64,000 nt of DNA from an uncultured Oscillospiraceae bacterium (GCA_947599875.1 CANQFV010000007.1:11661-75660), one strand, 5' to 3'. Positions 37,982 to 45,844 are shown, counted from the first letter of the stretch. Translations and numbers: made by a program. The notes: generated from the sequence alone by a model not told the origin.

Positions 37982-38848
37982 ATGCTGAGACAAAACCATC
38001 TGCTGTGCGCCGCGCTGGCGGTGCTGCTCATCCTGTGCCTCTCCGCCTGTGCGGGGGAGAAGCGGGAGAAGGTGGAGCTTCCCGCCGGCGTCAGCGCCAT
38101 TGAGGTGTCCCACCACGAGAGAACCGTCTACGGGGACGCCTACATCCCCGACGCGGAGGAATTTCCCCTGGTGATCTTCAGCCACGGCTACAACGGCTAC
38201 AAGGACGATTTCAAATCCGACGCCGTCTACCTGATGGATGAGGGCGTGGCCTCCATCACCTTCACCTTCTGCGGCAGCGGCGCCCGGGACAAGAGCGGCT
38301 TTGGCACCACCAACATGACGCTGTTCACGGAGCGGGAGGATCTGGAGGCCCTGATGGATTACGCCAAGGACATCAAGGGCTTTAACGGAAAGCTCTACCT
38401 CTTCGGCGGGAGCCAGGGGGGCATGGTCTCCGCGATGGCCGCCCAGGAGCGGCCGCAGGAGCTTACGGGTCTTGTCCTGATCTTCCCCGCCTTCTCCATC
38501 CCCGACGACTGGAGCAGCCGGTATCCCAAAAGCTCCTTCCCCACGGCGGAGGACATCCCCCAGCGGATCCCCTGGTGGGGCGTGGACCTGGGCCGGGACT
38601 TTGCCGCCACCGCCCGAGACTTGGACATCTATGAGCGGATGGGGGAGTTTGAAAAGCCCGTGCTGATCTTCCACGGCACGTCGGACAACATCGTCAACGT
38701 CTCCTACAGCAAGCGCGCCGCGGAGATCTACCCCAACTGCACCCTCAAGATTTACCCCGGGGCCGGCCACGGCTTCGCGCCAAACCTGATGGCGGAGGTT
38801 GACGATTACCTCCTGGACTTCATCAAAACCGGCAAAACCCCGGAGTGA
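37982..38848 (+). CDS. alpha/beta hydrolase lipoprotein (esterase)
   Basis: Lipobox LSAC. GGSQGG nucleophile elbow. C-terminal GAGHGF. Confidence 0.78.
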   Translation: MLRQNHLLCAALAVLLILCLSACAGEKREKVELPAGVSAIEVSHHERTVYGDAYIPDAEEFPLVIFSHGYNGYKDDFKSDAVYLMDEGVASITFTFCGSGARDKSGFGTTNMTLFTEREDLEALMDYAKDIKGFNGKLYLFGGSQGGMVSAMAAQERPQELTGLVLIFPAFSIPDDWSSRYPKSSFPTAEDIPQRIPWWGVDLGRDFAATARDLDIYERMGEFEKPVLIFHGTSDNIVNVSYSKRAAEIYPNCTLKIYPGAGHGFAPNLMAEVDDYLLDFIKTGKTPE

Positions 38849-38864
38849 TCCGCAATAGAAAAAA

Positions 38865-38894
38865 GAGCCGCCCGGCATCCGGCGGCTCTTTTTT
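38865..38894. terminator. bidirectional rho-independent terminator
   Basis: AAAAAA-GAGCCGCC...GGCGGCTC-TTTTTT. Confidence 0.75.
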
Positions 38895-38974
38895 CTTGCC
38901 TGAAACCCCCTTTGCATGATACAGTGGGGTCATCAGAAAATAATCTGTGTCAAAACACAAAGGAGGACTTTACC

Positions 38975-39895
38975 ATGACAACTCGCACCATCACACCGGA
39001 GGCTGTGGCGGGATTCCGGGCGCAGCTCATCGCCAACTCATGCAGCGTTCACACCATCGGACGGTATCTCCACGACGTGATCAGCTACTCCGCCTTTTTA
39101 GGCGGGCAGGAGGTGACTTCGGAAACCACCTACGCCTACAAACAGAGCTTAGTTGACCGGGAGTACAAGCCATCCAGCATCAACACGATTCTGGCTTCCC
39201 TCTTCGCTTTCTTCAGTTTCATGAAGTGGATTGACTGCGGCACCCAGCGGATGATCATTCAACGAACCACTTACCTCCCGGAGGAAAAGGTTCTCACCGA
39301 GAAGGAGTACGGGAAGCTCCTGAAAGCCGCCAAGAACCCCCGGGATCGGCTGCTCCTGGAAACCCTCTGCTCCAGCGGGATACGAGTGTCCGAGCTGCGC
39401 TACTTCACCGTGGAGGCCGTGAAGCGACGGGACGTGGGCGTACTTTGTAAGCGCAAGAATCGAAGCGTCATCATGCCGGAGGCGCTTTGCGTCAAGTTGG
39501 AGAAGTTCGCAAAGGAGCGGGGCATCACCTCCGGGGTCATCTTCCGGGGCCAAAAGGGGCGGCCCTTAGGCCGCAAGCGCATCTGGGCCATCATGAAGGA
39601 GACGGCCGAGCGGGCCGGGGTTTTGGCCTCCAAGGTGCATCCCCACAACCTCCGCAAACTCTTCGCAAGAACCTTCCTCAAGAACGGCGGGGATATGCCC
39701 CAGCTCTCTGACGTTTTAGGCCACAGCAGCATCGAGACAACCAGAATCTATATCAAGTCCACAGGGGATGAGCATCGGAAGCTCATCAACAGCTTAGGAC
39801 TCCTATACCGGGAGGAGGAGACGCCAAAAACAATAACAAAGAACCCCTCCCGGAAGAAGTCCAGGAGGGGGAAGAAGAAAAAGAGACATTATTGA
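38975..39895 (+). CDS. tyrosine site-specific recombinase (XerC/D-integrase family), candidate invertase
   Basis: R...HPHNLRKLFA...LGHSSIETTRIY catalytic motifs. Highly basic C-terminal tail. AGGAGG RBS. The stop codon lies inside the left inverted repeat. Confidence 0.9.
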   Translation: MTTRTITPEAVAGFRAQLIANSCSVHTIGRYLHDVISYSAFLGGQEVTSETTYAYKQSLVDREYKPSSINTILASLFAFFSFMKWIDCGTQRMIIQRTTYLPEEKVLTEKEYGKLLKAAKNPRDRLLLETLCSSGIRVSELRYFTVEAVKRRDVGVLCKRKNRSVIMPEALCVKLEKFAKERGITSGVIFRGQKGRPLGRKRIWAIMKETAERAGVLASKVHPHNLRKLFARTFLKNGGDMPQLSDVLGHSSIETTRIYIKSTGDEHRKLINSLGLLYREEETPKTITKNPSRKKSRRGKKKKRHY

Positions 39896-39908
39896 TATAA
39901 TGTCCATT
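39885..39908. repeat. left inverted repeat / lox-like recombination site
   Basis: GACATTATTGATATAATGTCCATT. Arms GACATTA/TAATGTC around the spacer TTGATA. Confidence 0.85.
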
Positions 39909-39954
39909 AGGTCGCGATGGGGAAGCGCAAGCCTAACGAAATTCTTCGGTACTT

Positions 39955-39982
39955 ATTATAGCCGAAAACCTTAAAATGTCAA
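39955..39982 (-). promoter_or_regulatory. near-consensus sigma-A promoter inside the invertible segment (currently pointing left)
   Basis: Minus strand TTGACA (39982-39977), 16 nt, TATAAT (39960-39955). Confidence 0.6.
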
Positions 39983-40156
39983 GTGCCGTTAGGCAAATTC
40001 CCCGAAAAAAATGAAAAAGACCACGCCGCGACGCACTCTGGAGCTTTCCGGAAAACGGAAAGGGGCCAGGGTGAGCGTCAGCGTACCCTCAGGTGTTCAC
40101 CTCGCTAAAGTACGAGTGGAAGAAGTACCTAAGACAACCCAAGAGAACGACAGAAA

Positions 40157-40180
40157 AATGGACATTATATCAATAATGTC
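40157..40180. repeat. right inverted repeat / lox-like recombination site
   Basis: AATGGACATTATATCAATAATGTC is the exact reverse complement of 39885-39908. The spacer is TATCAA. Embedded in a 34-nt palindrome (40154-40187). Confidence 0.85.
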
Positions 40181-40289
40181 CATTTTTCGCGTGGGGAGGG
40201 GCAGGTCAAAAGGCGATTCTTCCATCTTTTTATGCACCAAGACGAGGCCGGAGGAGGAGCCTCCGGGAAAGAACATCAGGAGGGCAGAC

Positions 40290-41831
40290 ATGAAACAAAA
40301 TTCTTCAACAGAAAAAAGCAAAAACCGTGGCTTCACGTTAGTGGAGCTGATCGTCGTGATCGCGATCCTGGCGATTCTCTCCGCCGTGGGCGCGGTGGCC
40401 TACACGGGGTACATTGAGTACACCAAAAAGGGTCTGGACAAGCAGACCGTGGGGGAGATCATCCACGCAATAGAGCTGGCCAATTACGACGACCCCAGTT
40501 TGTTTGAAACTGGAGCCACCGTGTACATAACCAAGGACGGCGTAAAGAGCGACAGAGCAGAAGTTGACGCAGCCCTTGCGCGTGCCTTGGGCGACCTATC
40601 CACAGTCAAGCTCGCCTATGAAGGCTGGCCGCTGGAGGACTTTTCCGAAAGCATTAAAAACGGATTTCAAGGTCTTATGGACGATACCAATTCAAAGGCA
40701 AATGCGTATTGGGATGCAGTCAACACTAACGGCAAAGCGGCGACCTTTGCGGCGGATGTGGACGACCTCTGGGCGCATTTCACGTCGTTGAAAGATTCTC
40801 CCTTCTGGGATGAGGACAATTTTGGGAAAGCCGTTCAAATGAGCAACGATAAGCAGGAAGCAATCATTTCGGCATGGACAGAAGGCAAGTCATTTCTTGA
40901 TGAATCTATAGACCCGGGAAAAAAGGCTTATCTTGCGCTCTCTATGGCAAGAAACTATTCCTTCGCTGCTTACGCGGAGAAAAACGCTGTCTTGACCGAT
41001 GAAATGAAAGAAGAGCTTGACAAATTTAAGCTCAGCAGCGGCTCTTTCGGTACTGAAATGTTGGAAAAGGGGAAAGAAAAAACCGATATTTTGCAGAGTT
41101 CGGGATGGAAAGATGTTATTGCCGCGTACTATGCTGACGAAGCTCAATTAAAATCTGACGCACTGGGCTATCTGGCAATCATGGAGGCCGCGGATGTCAT
41201 CGCGGAGGGCAAGCCATTGGAGATGACGTCTGACGACTTTGTAAACGCTATGGAGCCGCACCTGGGCACAGTTTCCAACACGCTCACAAAGGGAAAAGCC
41301 GCTCTTAAACAGGCAATTAACATTACTGGAAAACACGCGCAGATTTCAGTTGCCAAGAATGCCGACGGAACCGTCACCTGCAAGCCCCGTCCTTCTGATC
41401 TTGACCCGAGGAAGGATGGCAGCAACGGAAGTACCGGTGGTGAATCGAGTAATGTTCCCACGCAAGAGGCAAAGAATGTTACTGTTAATTGGGATAGCGG
41501 AACTATCACCACTGAATCCGGCACAAATGTGATCGCTGTTAAATCGGGTGGAACAGCCACTATTTCGTTCCCCAAAGATAGCATTGGCAATTCTCCAATT
41601 ACTGAGTTTACCTGCAACGGTAATACATACAAATATGAAGGTACCCTCATAAATGGAAAGACTTTTGACATCGACAACGGAACGGTTAAAGTACAAATGA
41701 ATGCGAGTACCACAAGGCTTACATTTACCGGGACAGGGGAAGCTGGATCATCGTCAACTATTTCGCTCTCGGTAAAATGTGATAATGGCACCAGCAAAAC
41801 ATTTAACTTTACATTCTGGATTATTGAATAA
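40290..41831 (+). CDS. large prepilin-type N-terminal cleavage/methylation domain protein (orphan pilin-like, 513 aa)
   Basis: MKQNSSTEKSKNRG/FTLVELIVVIAILAIL (G-1, F+1, E+5). CAGGAGGG RBS. The ORF stays open upstream to 40011, but that extension crosses the repeat. Confidence 0.8.
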   Translation: MKQNSSTEKSKNRGFTLVELIVVIAILAILSAVGAVAYTGYIEYTKKGLDKQTVGEIIHAIELANYDDPSLFETGATVYITKDGVKSDRAEVDAALARALGDLSTVKLAYEGWPLEDFSESIKNGFQGLMDDTNSKANAYWDAVNTNGKAATFAADVDDLWAHFTSLKDSPFWDEDNFGKAVQMSNDKQEAIISAWTEGKSFLDESIDPGKKAYLALSMARNYSFAAYAEKNAVLTDEMKEELDKFKLSSGSFGTEMLEKGKEKTDILQSSGWKDVIAAYYADEAQLKSDALGYLAIMEAADVIAEGKPLEMTSDDFVNAMEPHLGTVSNTLTKGKAALKQAINITGKHAQISVAKNADGTVTCKPRPSDLDPRKDGSNGSTGGESSNVPTQEAKNVTVNWDSGTITTESGTNVIAVKSGGTATISFPKDSIGNSPITEFTCNGNTYKYEGTLINGKTFDIDNGTVKVQMNASTTRLTFTGTGEAGSSSTISLSVKCDNGTSKTFNFTFWIIE

Positions 41832-41875
41832 AGGTTACACCGTGATACACCGGGACGGTTCTTTCATAATCCCCC

Positions 41876-41905
41876 GAGGGCCAGGTACACCTGTACCTGG
41901 CCCTC
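41876..41905. terminator. stem-loop between convergent pilin-like and amidotransferase genes
   Basis: GAGGGCCAGGTACA-CC-TGTACCTGGCCCTC (14-bp stem). Confidence 0.5.
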
Positions 41906-41919
41906 GCTTTATCCCCACT

Positions 41920-42621
41920 CTATTTTGCCGCGTCAACGAAGACGTTGAAGATCCGCCTGCTGTCCGGGTCGGTCTTATAGGAAAACTCCGGGTGCCACTG
42001 GACGGCCCAGAGAAATCTCCTCCCCGGCATATACAGCGCCTCCACAAGGCCGTCGGGGGACGCGGCCATACACGCAAGGCCCGGCGCCAAAACCCTCACC
42101 GCCTGGTGGTGGCAGCTGTTCACGGCAAGGCGGCGGGTCTTCAGGCAGTCATACAGCGGCGAATCCGCTCTGATCTCCACGTCGTGGACGGGGACGTCAT
42201 AGGGGGCGCTTTGGCGGTGCGTGACGCCGGAGGGGTGCTGCGTTGGCAGATCCTGATACAGGCTGCCCCCAAGGGAGACGTTGATAAACTGGATCCCCCG
42301 GCAGATGCCCAGAACGGCCTTGTCCAGCTCCAGGGCCCTTTGCAGGACGATCCCCTCCAGCGCGTCCCGTTTTTCACAGCAGGAGACAAGCCCGGGCAGG
42401 GGCTGCTCCCGGTAGAGCCGGGGCGACACGTCGTGCCCGCCCGTGAAGAGGATGCCGCCGCAAAGCTCCACAAGCCGCGCCGCCTCTTCGGCGTCCTCGG
42501 TGAAGGGGAAGATGACCGGCGTGGCCCCGGCCTCGATAAGGCCGTCCATATACCCAGGCAGCATCCAAATGCTGTCCTTTTCCTCATCCCACAAGGGCAT
42601 GACACCAATGATCGGTTTCAT
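41920..42621 (-). CDS. gamma-glutamyl-gamma-aminobutyrate hydrolase family / class I glutamine amidotransferase (peptidase C26)
   Basis: IIGVMPLWD..., GICRGIQFINV (nucleophile Cys), HHQAV. Confidence 0.88.
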   Translation of the reverse strand: MKPIIGVMPLWDEEKDSIWMLPGYMDGLIEAGATPVIFPFTEDAEEAARLVELCGGILFTGGHDVSPRLYREQPLPGLVSCCEKRDALEGIVLQRALELDKAVLGICRGIQFINVSLGGSLYQDLPTQHPSGVTHRQSAPYDVPVHDVEIRADSPLYDCLKTRRLAVNSCHHQAVRVLAPGLACMAASPDGLVEALYMPGRRFLWAVQWHPEFSYKTDPDSRRIFNVFVDAAK

Positions 42622-42735
42622 CCAAAGACACCTCCAAAAAGTAAAAACGGGCGCCGTCAGGCGCCCTTGTCTCTCGCCCTATTATACATCCGGATCGCCG
42701 GAATTTCAACACCTTTCCCGCTTTTCCAAAAGCTG

Positions 42736-42764
42736 TTGACAAACGCCGGGCCGGGGAGTAAACT
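42736..42764 (+). promoter_or_regulatory. candidate sigma-A promoter of the three-paralog array
   Basis: TTGACA (42736-42741), 17 nt, TAAACT (42759-42764). Confidence 0.5.
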
Positions 42765-42835
42765 TACCCTATACGGCGGGGGAGGGGCTTGGGTCGATTC
42801 CCCCTTGGACTTTCGCATGGAGCGTAAGGAGGGGC

Positions 42836-43147
42836 ATGATGAGCCTGATTTTGGCGAACGCACGCTGGGCGGGGGATTATCTCCTGTCCGTCCCGGAGTG
42901 TGTGGCGAATGATCTTGATGGGGTCAGGCGCGATTTTTACGCGTGGCTCGACGATGAGGATGACAGCCACGGGTACCGGGAGAAGATTATTGAGGGCCGC
43001 CCCCGGAAGGTTTATTTTATGGACGGCCGGGACGATCTTTGCGGCGCGGAGGTTTTCGTGGCGTGGCTCAACGGTGTGGTCCTGAGGGACTCCGGCGAGA
43101 GGGCGGCCATCCTGCCCAGGGTGGAATTATACGAATCCGAGGAGTAA
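42836..43147 (+). CDS. small acidic protein, paralog 1 of 3 (unknown family)
   Basis: 103 aa with an AAGGAGGGG RBS. Shares DFYAWL...FVAWLN..VLRDSGERAAILPRVE with paralogs 2 and 3. Confidence 0.7.
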   Translation: MMSLILANARWAGDYLLSVPECVANDLDGVRRDFYAWLDDEDDSHGYREKIIEGRPRKVYFMDGRDDLCGAEVFVAWLNGVVLRDSGERAAILPRVELYESEE

Positions 43148-43172
43148 AAGCGCGGGAAAAGGAGGCAGTGTT

Positions 43173-43475
43173 GTGGGCTTGATTTTGACAAATACGCATC
43201 CGCTTCTGGCGGGGGCGTGCTACCTTGTCTACGTTCCGGACAGCATCGAGCGCGACCTGGACAGGGTGAAAAGCGACTTCTTCGCCTGGATCAACGACGG
43301 CGGCGACGGTCACGGATACTGTGGAAGTCCGATCTTTGGGGTGAGGAAGGTCTATTACCGCAGAGGGAATGAGGAACTGATTGGCGCGGCGGCGTTTGTG
43401 GCCTGGCTCAACGACTTCGTCCTGAGGGACTCCGGGGAGAGGGCCGCCGTGCTGCCCAGGGTGGATTTTGATTGA
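43173..43475 (+). CDS. small acidic protein, paralog 2 of 3
   Basis: GTG start after AAAGGAGG. 100 aa with the C-terminal FVAWLNDFVLRDSGERAAVLPRVDFD. Confidence 0.7.
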   Translation: MGLILTNTHPLLAGACYLVYVPDSIERDLDRVKSDFFAWINDGGDGHGYCGSPIFGVRKVYYRRGNEELIGAAAFVAWLNDFVLRDSGERAAVLPRVDFD

Positions 43476-43500
43476 CGCGGCGACAGAGGAGGGAGCGCAC

Positions 43501-43782
43501 ATGAGCCTTGTATGGATCAACGAGGGGCAGAACGGGTACGACATTTTGTCTGTCCCGGCGTTCATCGCGGAGGATCTGAGCAAGTATATCGGGGATTTTT
43601 ACGATTGGCTGAGAGGCAGGGACGGCGATAACGGGCACCGGAAGCATGTGGATGACGAGAGCGGCTCCTTTGACTGCCTTTGCTACGACGGCGCCACCGA
43701 TTTTCCCCGGTGGCTGAATGAGACCGTTCTGAAGGATTCCGCCGAGAAGGCGCACCTTCTGCCGAGGATCGAGTTTGAATAA
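43501..43782 (+). CDS. small acidic protein, paralog 3 of 3 (most divergent)
   Basis: ATG after GAGGAGGGAG. 93 aa with DFYDWL...FPRWLNETVLKDSAEKAHLLPRIEFE. Confidence 0.65.
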   Translation: MSLVWINEGQNGYDILSVPAFIAEDLSKYIGDFYDWLRGRDGDNGHRKHVDDESGSFDCLCYDGATDFPRWLNETVLKDSAEKAHLLPRIEFE

Positions 43783-43892
43783 GTTTTTTCTATATTGTCA
43801 AAAAATTTCCCCCTCTCCCGCAACCGGAGAGGGGGAAAACGGTACTTATAGGGGTGAAGGATCCTGATATACCGAGGAGAGGAGGCGAAGGC

Positions 43893-44447
43893 GTGGAGGA
43901 CGAGGCGATCATTGACCTCTATTTTGCCCGGGACGAGCGGGCGCTCAGGGAGACGGAGGCCAAGTACGGCCCCCTCTGCCGCCAGGTGGCGGGCAACATT
44001 CTGGGGACGCCCCAGGACACGGAGGAGTGTCTCAACGACGTGTACCTGGCGCTCTGGGAGGCCATCCCCCCGGCGAGGCCCCGGAGCCTGAAGGCCTTCG
44101 CCTCCGGCGTCACACGCCGCCAGGCTCTGAAAAGGCTCCGCCACGACACCGCCGGGAAGCGCTCCGCCGGGTGTCTGGTGCCCCTGTCGGAGCTTGCGGA
44201 GGTTCTGCCGGACGAGGGCTTCAGACCGGATGTGGAGGACGGGGAGCTGGCGCGGCTCATCGGGAGCTTCCTCAAAAAGCAGACTCCCGAGGCTCGGTGC
44301 GTCTTCATCCGCCGGTACTGGTACTTCGACTCCGTGCGGGACATCGCCGGACGGTACGGTTTCAGCGAAAACAAGGTGAAATCCCTTCTGTTTCGCGGGC
44401 GGAACCGTCTGAGAGACTATCTGAGAAAGGAAGGCATTACCCTATGA
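43893..44447 (+). CDS. ECF-type RNA polymerase sigma-70 family factor
   Basis: Regions 2 and 4 (AIIDLYFARDE...DVYLALW...; VRDIAGRYGFSENKVKSLLFRGRNRLR). GTG 43893 follows GAGGAGAGGAGG. The track start is 43854. Confidence 0.85.
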   Translation: MEDEAIIDLYFARDERALRETEAKYGPLCRQVAGNILGTPQDTEECLNDVYLALWEAIPPARPRSLKAFASGVTRRQALKRLRHDTAGKRSAGCLVPLSELAEVLPDEGFRPDVEDGELARLIGSFLKKQTPEARCVFIRRYWYFDSVRDIAGRYGFSENKVKSLLFRGRNRLRDYLRKEGITL

Positions 44448-45259
44448 ACATACCGAGGATCGCCGACGCCCTGGGCCTTATCGATAAGGATCTGCTGGAC
44501 GATGAGTTTCCGAAGAGACACCGGGGCAGGGCCGCCGGTATCCTGCTGGCCGCCGTGTGCGGGTGTCTCATTCTGGGGACGATCACCGCCGCCGCCACAG
44601 GGGCGGGAACTGTGCTGTTGGAGAAATTCCGAAAGGGGGACCGGGGGACTGAGTCCGGCTACGACATCAGCGCCTGGCTGACGCCGTTCCCGGAGGAGGA
44701 GCTGACCGGGGAGATCCGGGAGGTTCCGGCCATCCTCCGCCGGCAGCTTGCGGAGACAGCCCCCTGGTCAGACCAGGATCCCCACGTCTATATCCGTGAG
44801 TTCGACACCGCCGCCGAGGCCATAAGGTTCGTGGGCTTGGCTGAGCTGCGGCCCATCCGCTGGGATGTGGAGGAGACGGGGACGACCCTCTCCGTCTTCG
44901 GCGGAGCGCAGGGGGAGATCGCCGGCGTGAGTATCATGACCTACTGCCGGAGGGGGGAGGTGCGTCTCCAGGCCCAGGCCAGCCTCCGCACGGAGAACGA
45001 CGACTCGGACAGCACCTTCGGCGTCCGCACCACGGAGGACTTAGACTACACGGAGGAGAGCTTCACCGCCGCCGGGGGCTTTGCCTGCCGGGTGATCCGC
45101 TCCACAGCCCTGGAGAGCGGCTTTGCCGCCTATGAAGGCTACATCGTCTGTGACGGCATCCTGTACACCCTCCATGCCGCCTACCGGCCCTCCGACGCCG
45201 GCCTGGCCGACGAGCTTCTCCATCTCTGGGCCGATCAGTTTGAGCAGGAAACGAGGTGA
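44444..45259 (+). CDS. single-pass membrane protein, putative anti-sigma factor
   Basis: ATGA overlap with the sigma gene stop. One TM helix (AAGILLAAVCGCLILGTITAAA). The call rests on position only. Confidence 0.55.
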   Translation: MNIPRIADALGLIDKDLLDDEFPKRHRGRAAGILLAAVCGCLILGTITAAATGAGTVLLEKFRKGDRGTESGYDISAWLTPFPEEELTGEIREVPAILRRQLAETAPWSDQDPHVYIREFDTAAEAIRFVGLAELRPIRWDVEETGTTLSVFGGAQGEIAGVSIMTYCRRGEVRLQAQASLRTENDDSDSTFGVRTTEDLDYTEESFTAAGGFACRVIRSTALESGFAAYEGYIVCDGILYTLHAAYRPSDAGLADELLHLWADQFEQETR

Positions 45260-45268
45260 AAGGGCTCC

Positions 45269-45787
45269 ATGAGAAGACGAATGATAACGGCTATTCTTAC
45301 GGCGCTTCTCCTTCTCTCCCTGGCCGCCTGCGGGGAAAAGCCGCAGGAGAAGGACACAGAGCTTGACCTGGACGCCATCGCCCAGGCCCTGTGTGACAGC
45401 GGATATTTTTCCGGGGAGATGGAAATGGTTGACCCCGAATCGGTTCCGGAGCTTTTGCTCCTGGACGAGGACAGAGTCGAGGCGTCCAGGGAGGATCTGA
45501 TAGACGCCAGATATTACGGCGTGACGATGGGCGTTTCGGCCAACCAGTTTATTCTGCTTGAGGGTGCCGATCCTCAGGCGGCGGAGCGCCTGGAGGAGGC
45601 GCTGAGAACCTACGCCCAGGACCAGAGGGTGGGGTTCGAGCTTTACCTCCCGGAGCAGGCGGCGCGGTTTGAGGACTTCACCCTGGAGCGCCGGGGCAGA
45701 TACGTCCTCTTTGCGATCGGGGAGGAGCGCGAGGCGCTGTCCGCCCTCTGCCACCGGCTCATGAGCGGAGGGACAGAGAAAAACTGA
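45269..45787 (+). CDS. DUF4358 domain lipoprotein
   Basis: Lipobox LSLAAC. Pattern typical of DUF4358 (LDLDAIAQAL...FILLEG...LFAIG). Confidence 0.75.
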   Translation: MRRRMITAILTALLLLSLAACGEKPQEKDTELDLDAIAQALCDSGYFSGEMEMVDPESVPELLLLDEDRVEASREDLIDARYYGVTMGVSANQFILLEGADPQAAERLEEALRTYAQDQRVGFELYLPEQAARFEDFTLERRGRYVLFAIGEEREALSALCHRLMSGGTEKN

Positions 45788-45804
45788 TCCCGCAAGCAGC
45801 AAAG

Positions 45805-45834
45805 CCCCCCTGATTTCTCACGAAATCAGGGGGG
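45805..45834. terminator. bidirectional hairpin CCCCCCTGATTTC-TCAC-GAAATCAGGGGGG (same core hairpin as at 55377 and 56801)
   Basis: 13-bp perfect stem between the convergent DUF4358 and AKR genes. Confidence 0.6.
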
Positions 45835-45844
45835 CAAACTGTTC

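Larger units (their letters stand above)
39885..40180. promoter_or_regulatory. putative invertible promoter element (inverton)
   Basis: 24/24 perfect inverted repeats bracket 248 bp that contain a consensus promoter. Adjacent tyrosine recombinase. Confidence 0.6.

Noticed and set aside
38975-39895. Recombinase interpreted as the integrase of an island starting at 38.9 kb
   Set aside because: This is not excluded. However, I found no direct att-like repeat of the sequence around 38.9 kb elsewhere in the window. In contrast, perfect inverted lox-like sites enclosing a promoter lie immediately at the gene's 3' end, so an invertase role is favoured.
40011-40289. In-frame upstream extension of the pilin-like ORF (track start 40011, 606 aa)
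   Set aside because: The extension runs through the right inverted repeat and the invertible segment and has no RBS. It would place the prepilin cleavage motif about 107 aa into the protein, whereas prepilin leaders are short. ATG 40290 has a CAGGAGGG RBS and gives a 14-aa leader.
41779-42912. 377-aa plus-strand ORF overlapping the amidotransferase gene
   Set aside because: It is antisense to a gene with clear class-I GATase motifs (GICRGIQ, HHQAV), and its translation is Arg/Pro/Gly-rich without motifs.
43809-43835. Hairpin CCCCCTCTCC...GGAGAGGGGG after the third paralog, considered as a plus-strand terminator
   Set aside because: The U-run is on the wrong side for plus-strand transcription (an A/T run precedes the stem and AAAACGG follows it). 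It is therefore not called as the terminator of the paralog array.
44027-44443. Long upstream extension of the anti-sigma ORF (track 44027..45259, 410 aa)
   Set aside because: The extension overlaps the sigma-factor gene in another frame and is Arg/Gly/Pro-rich. ATG 44444 forms an ATGA overlap with the sigma stop, the usual coupling for sigma/anti-sigma pairs.
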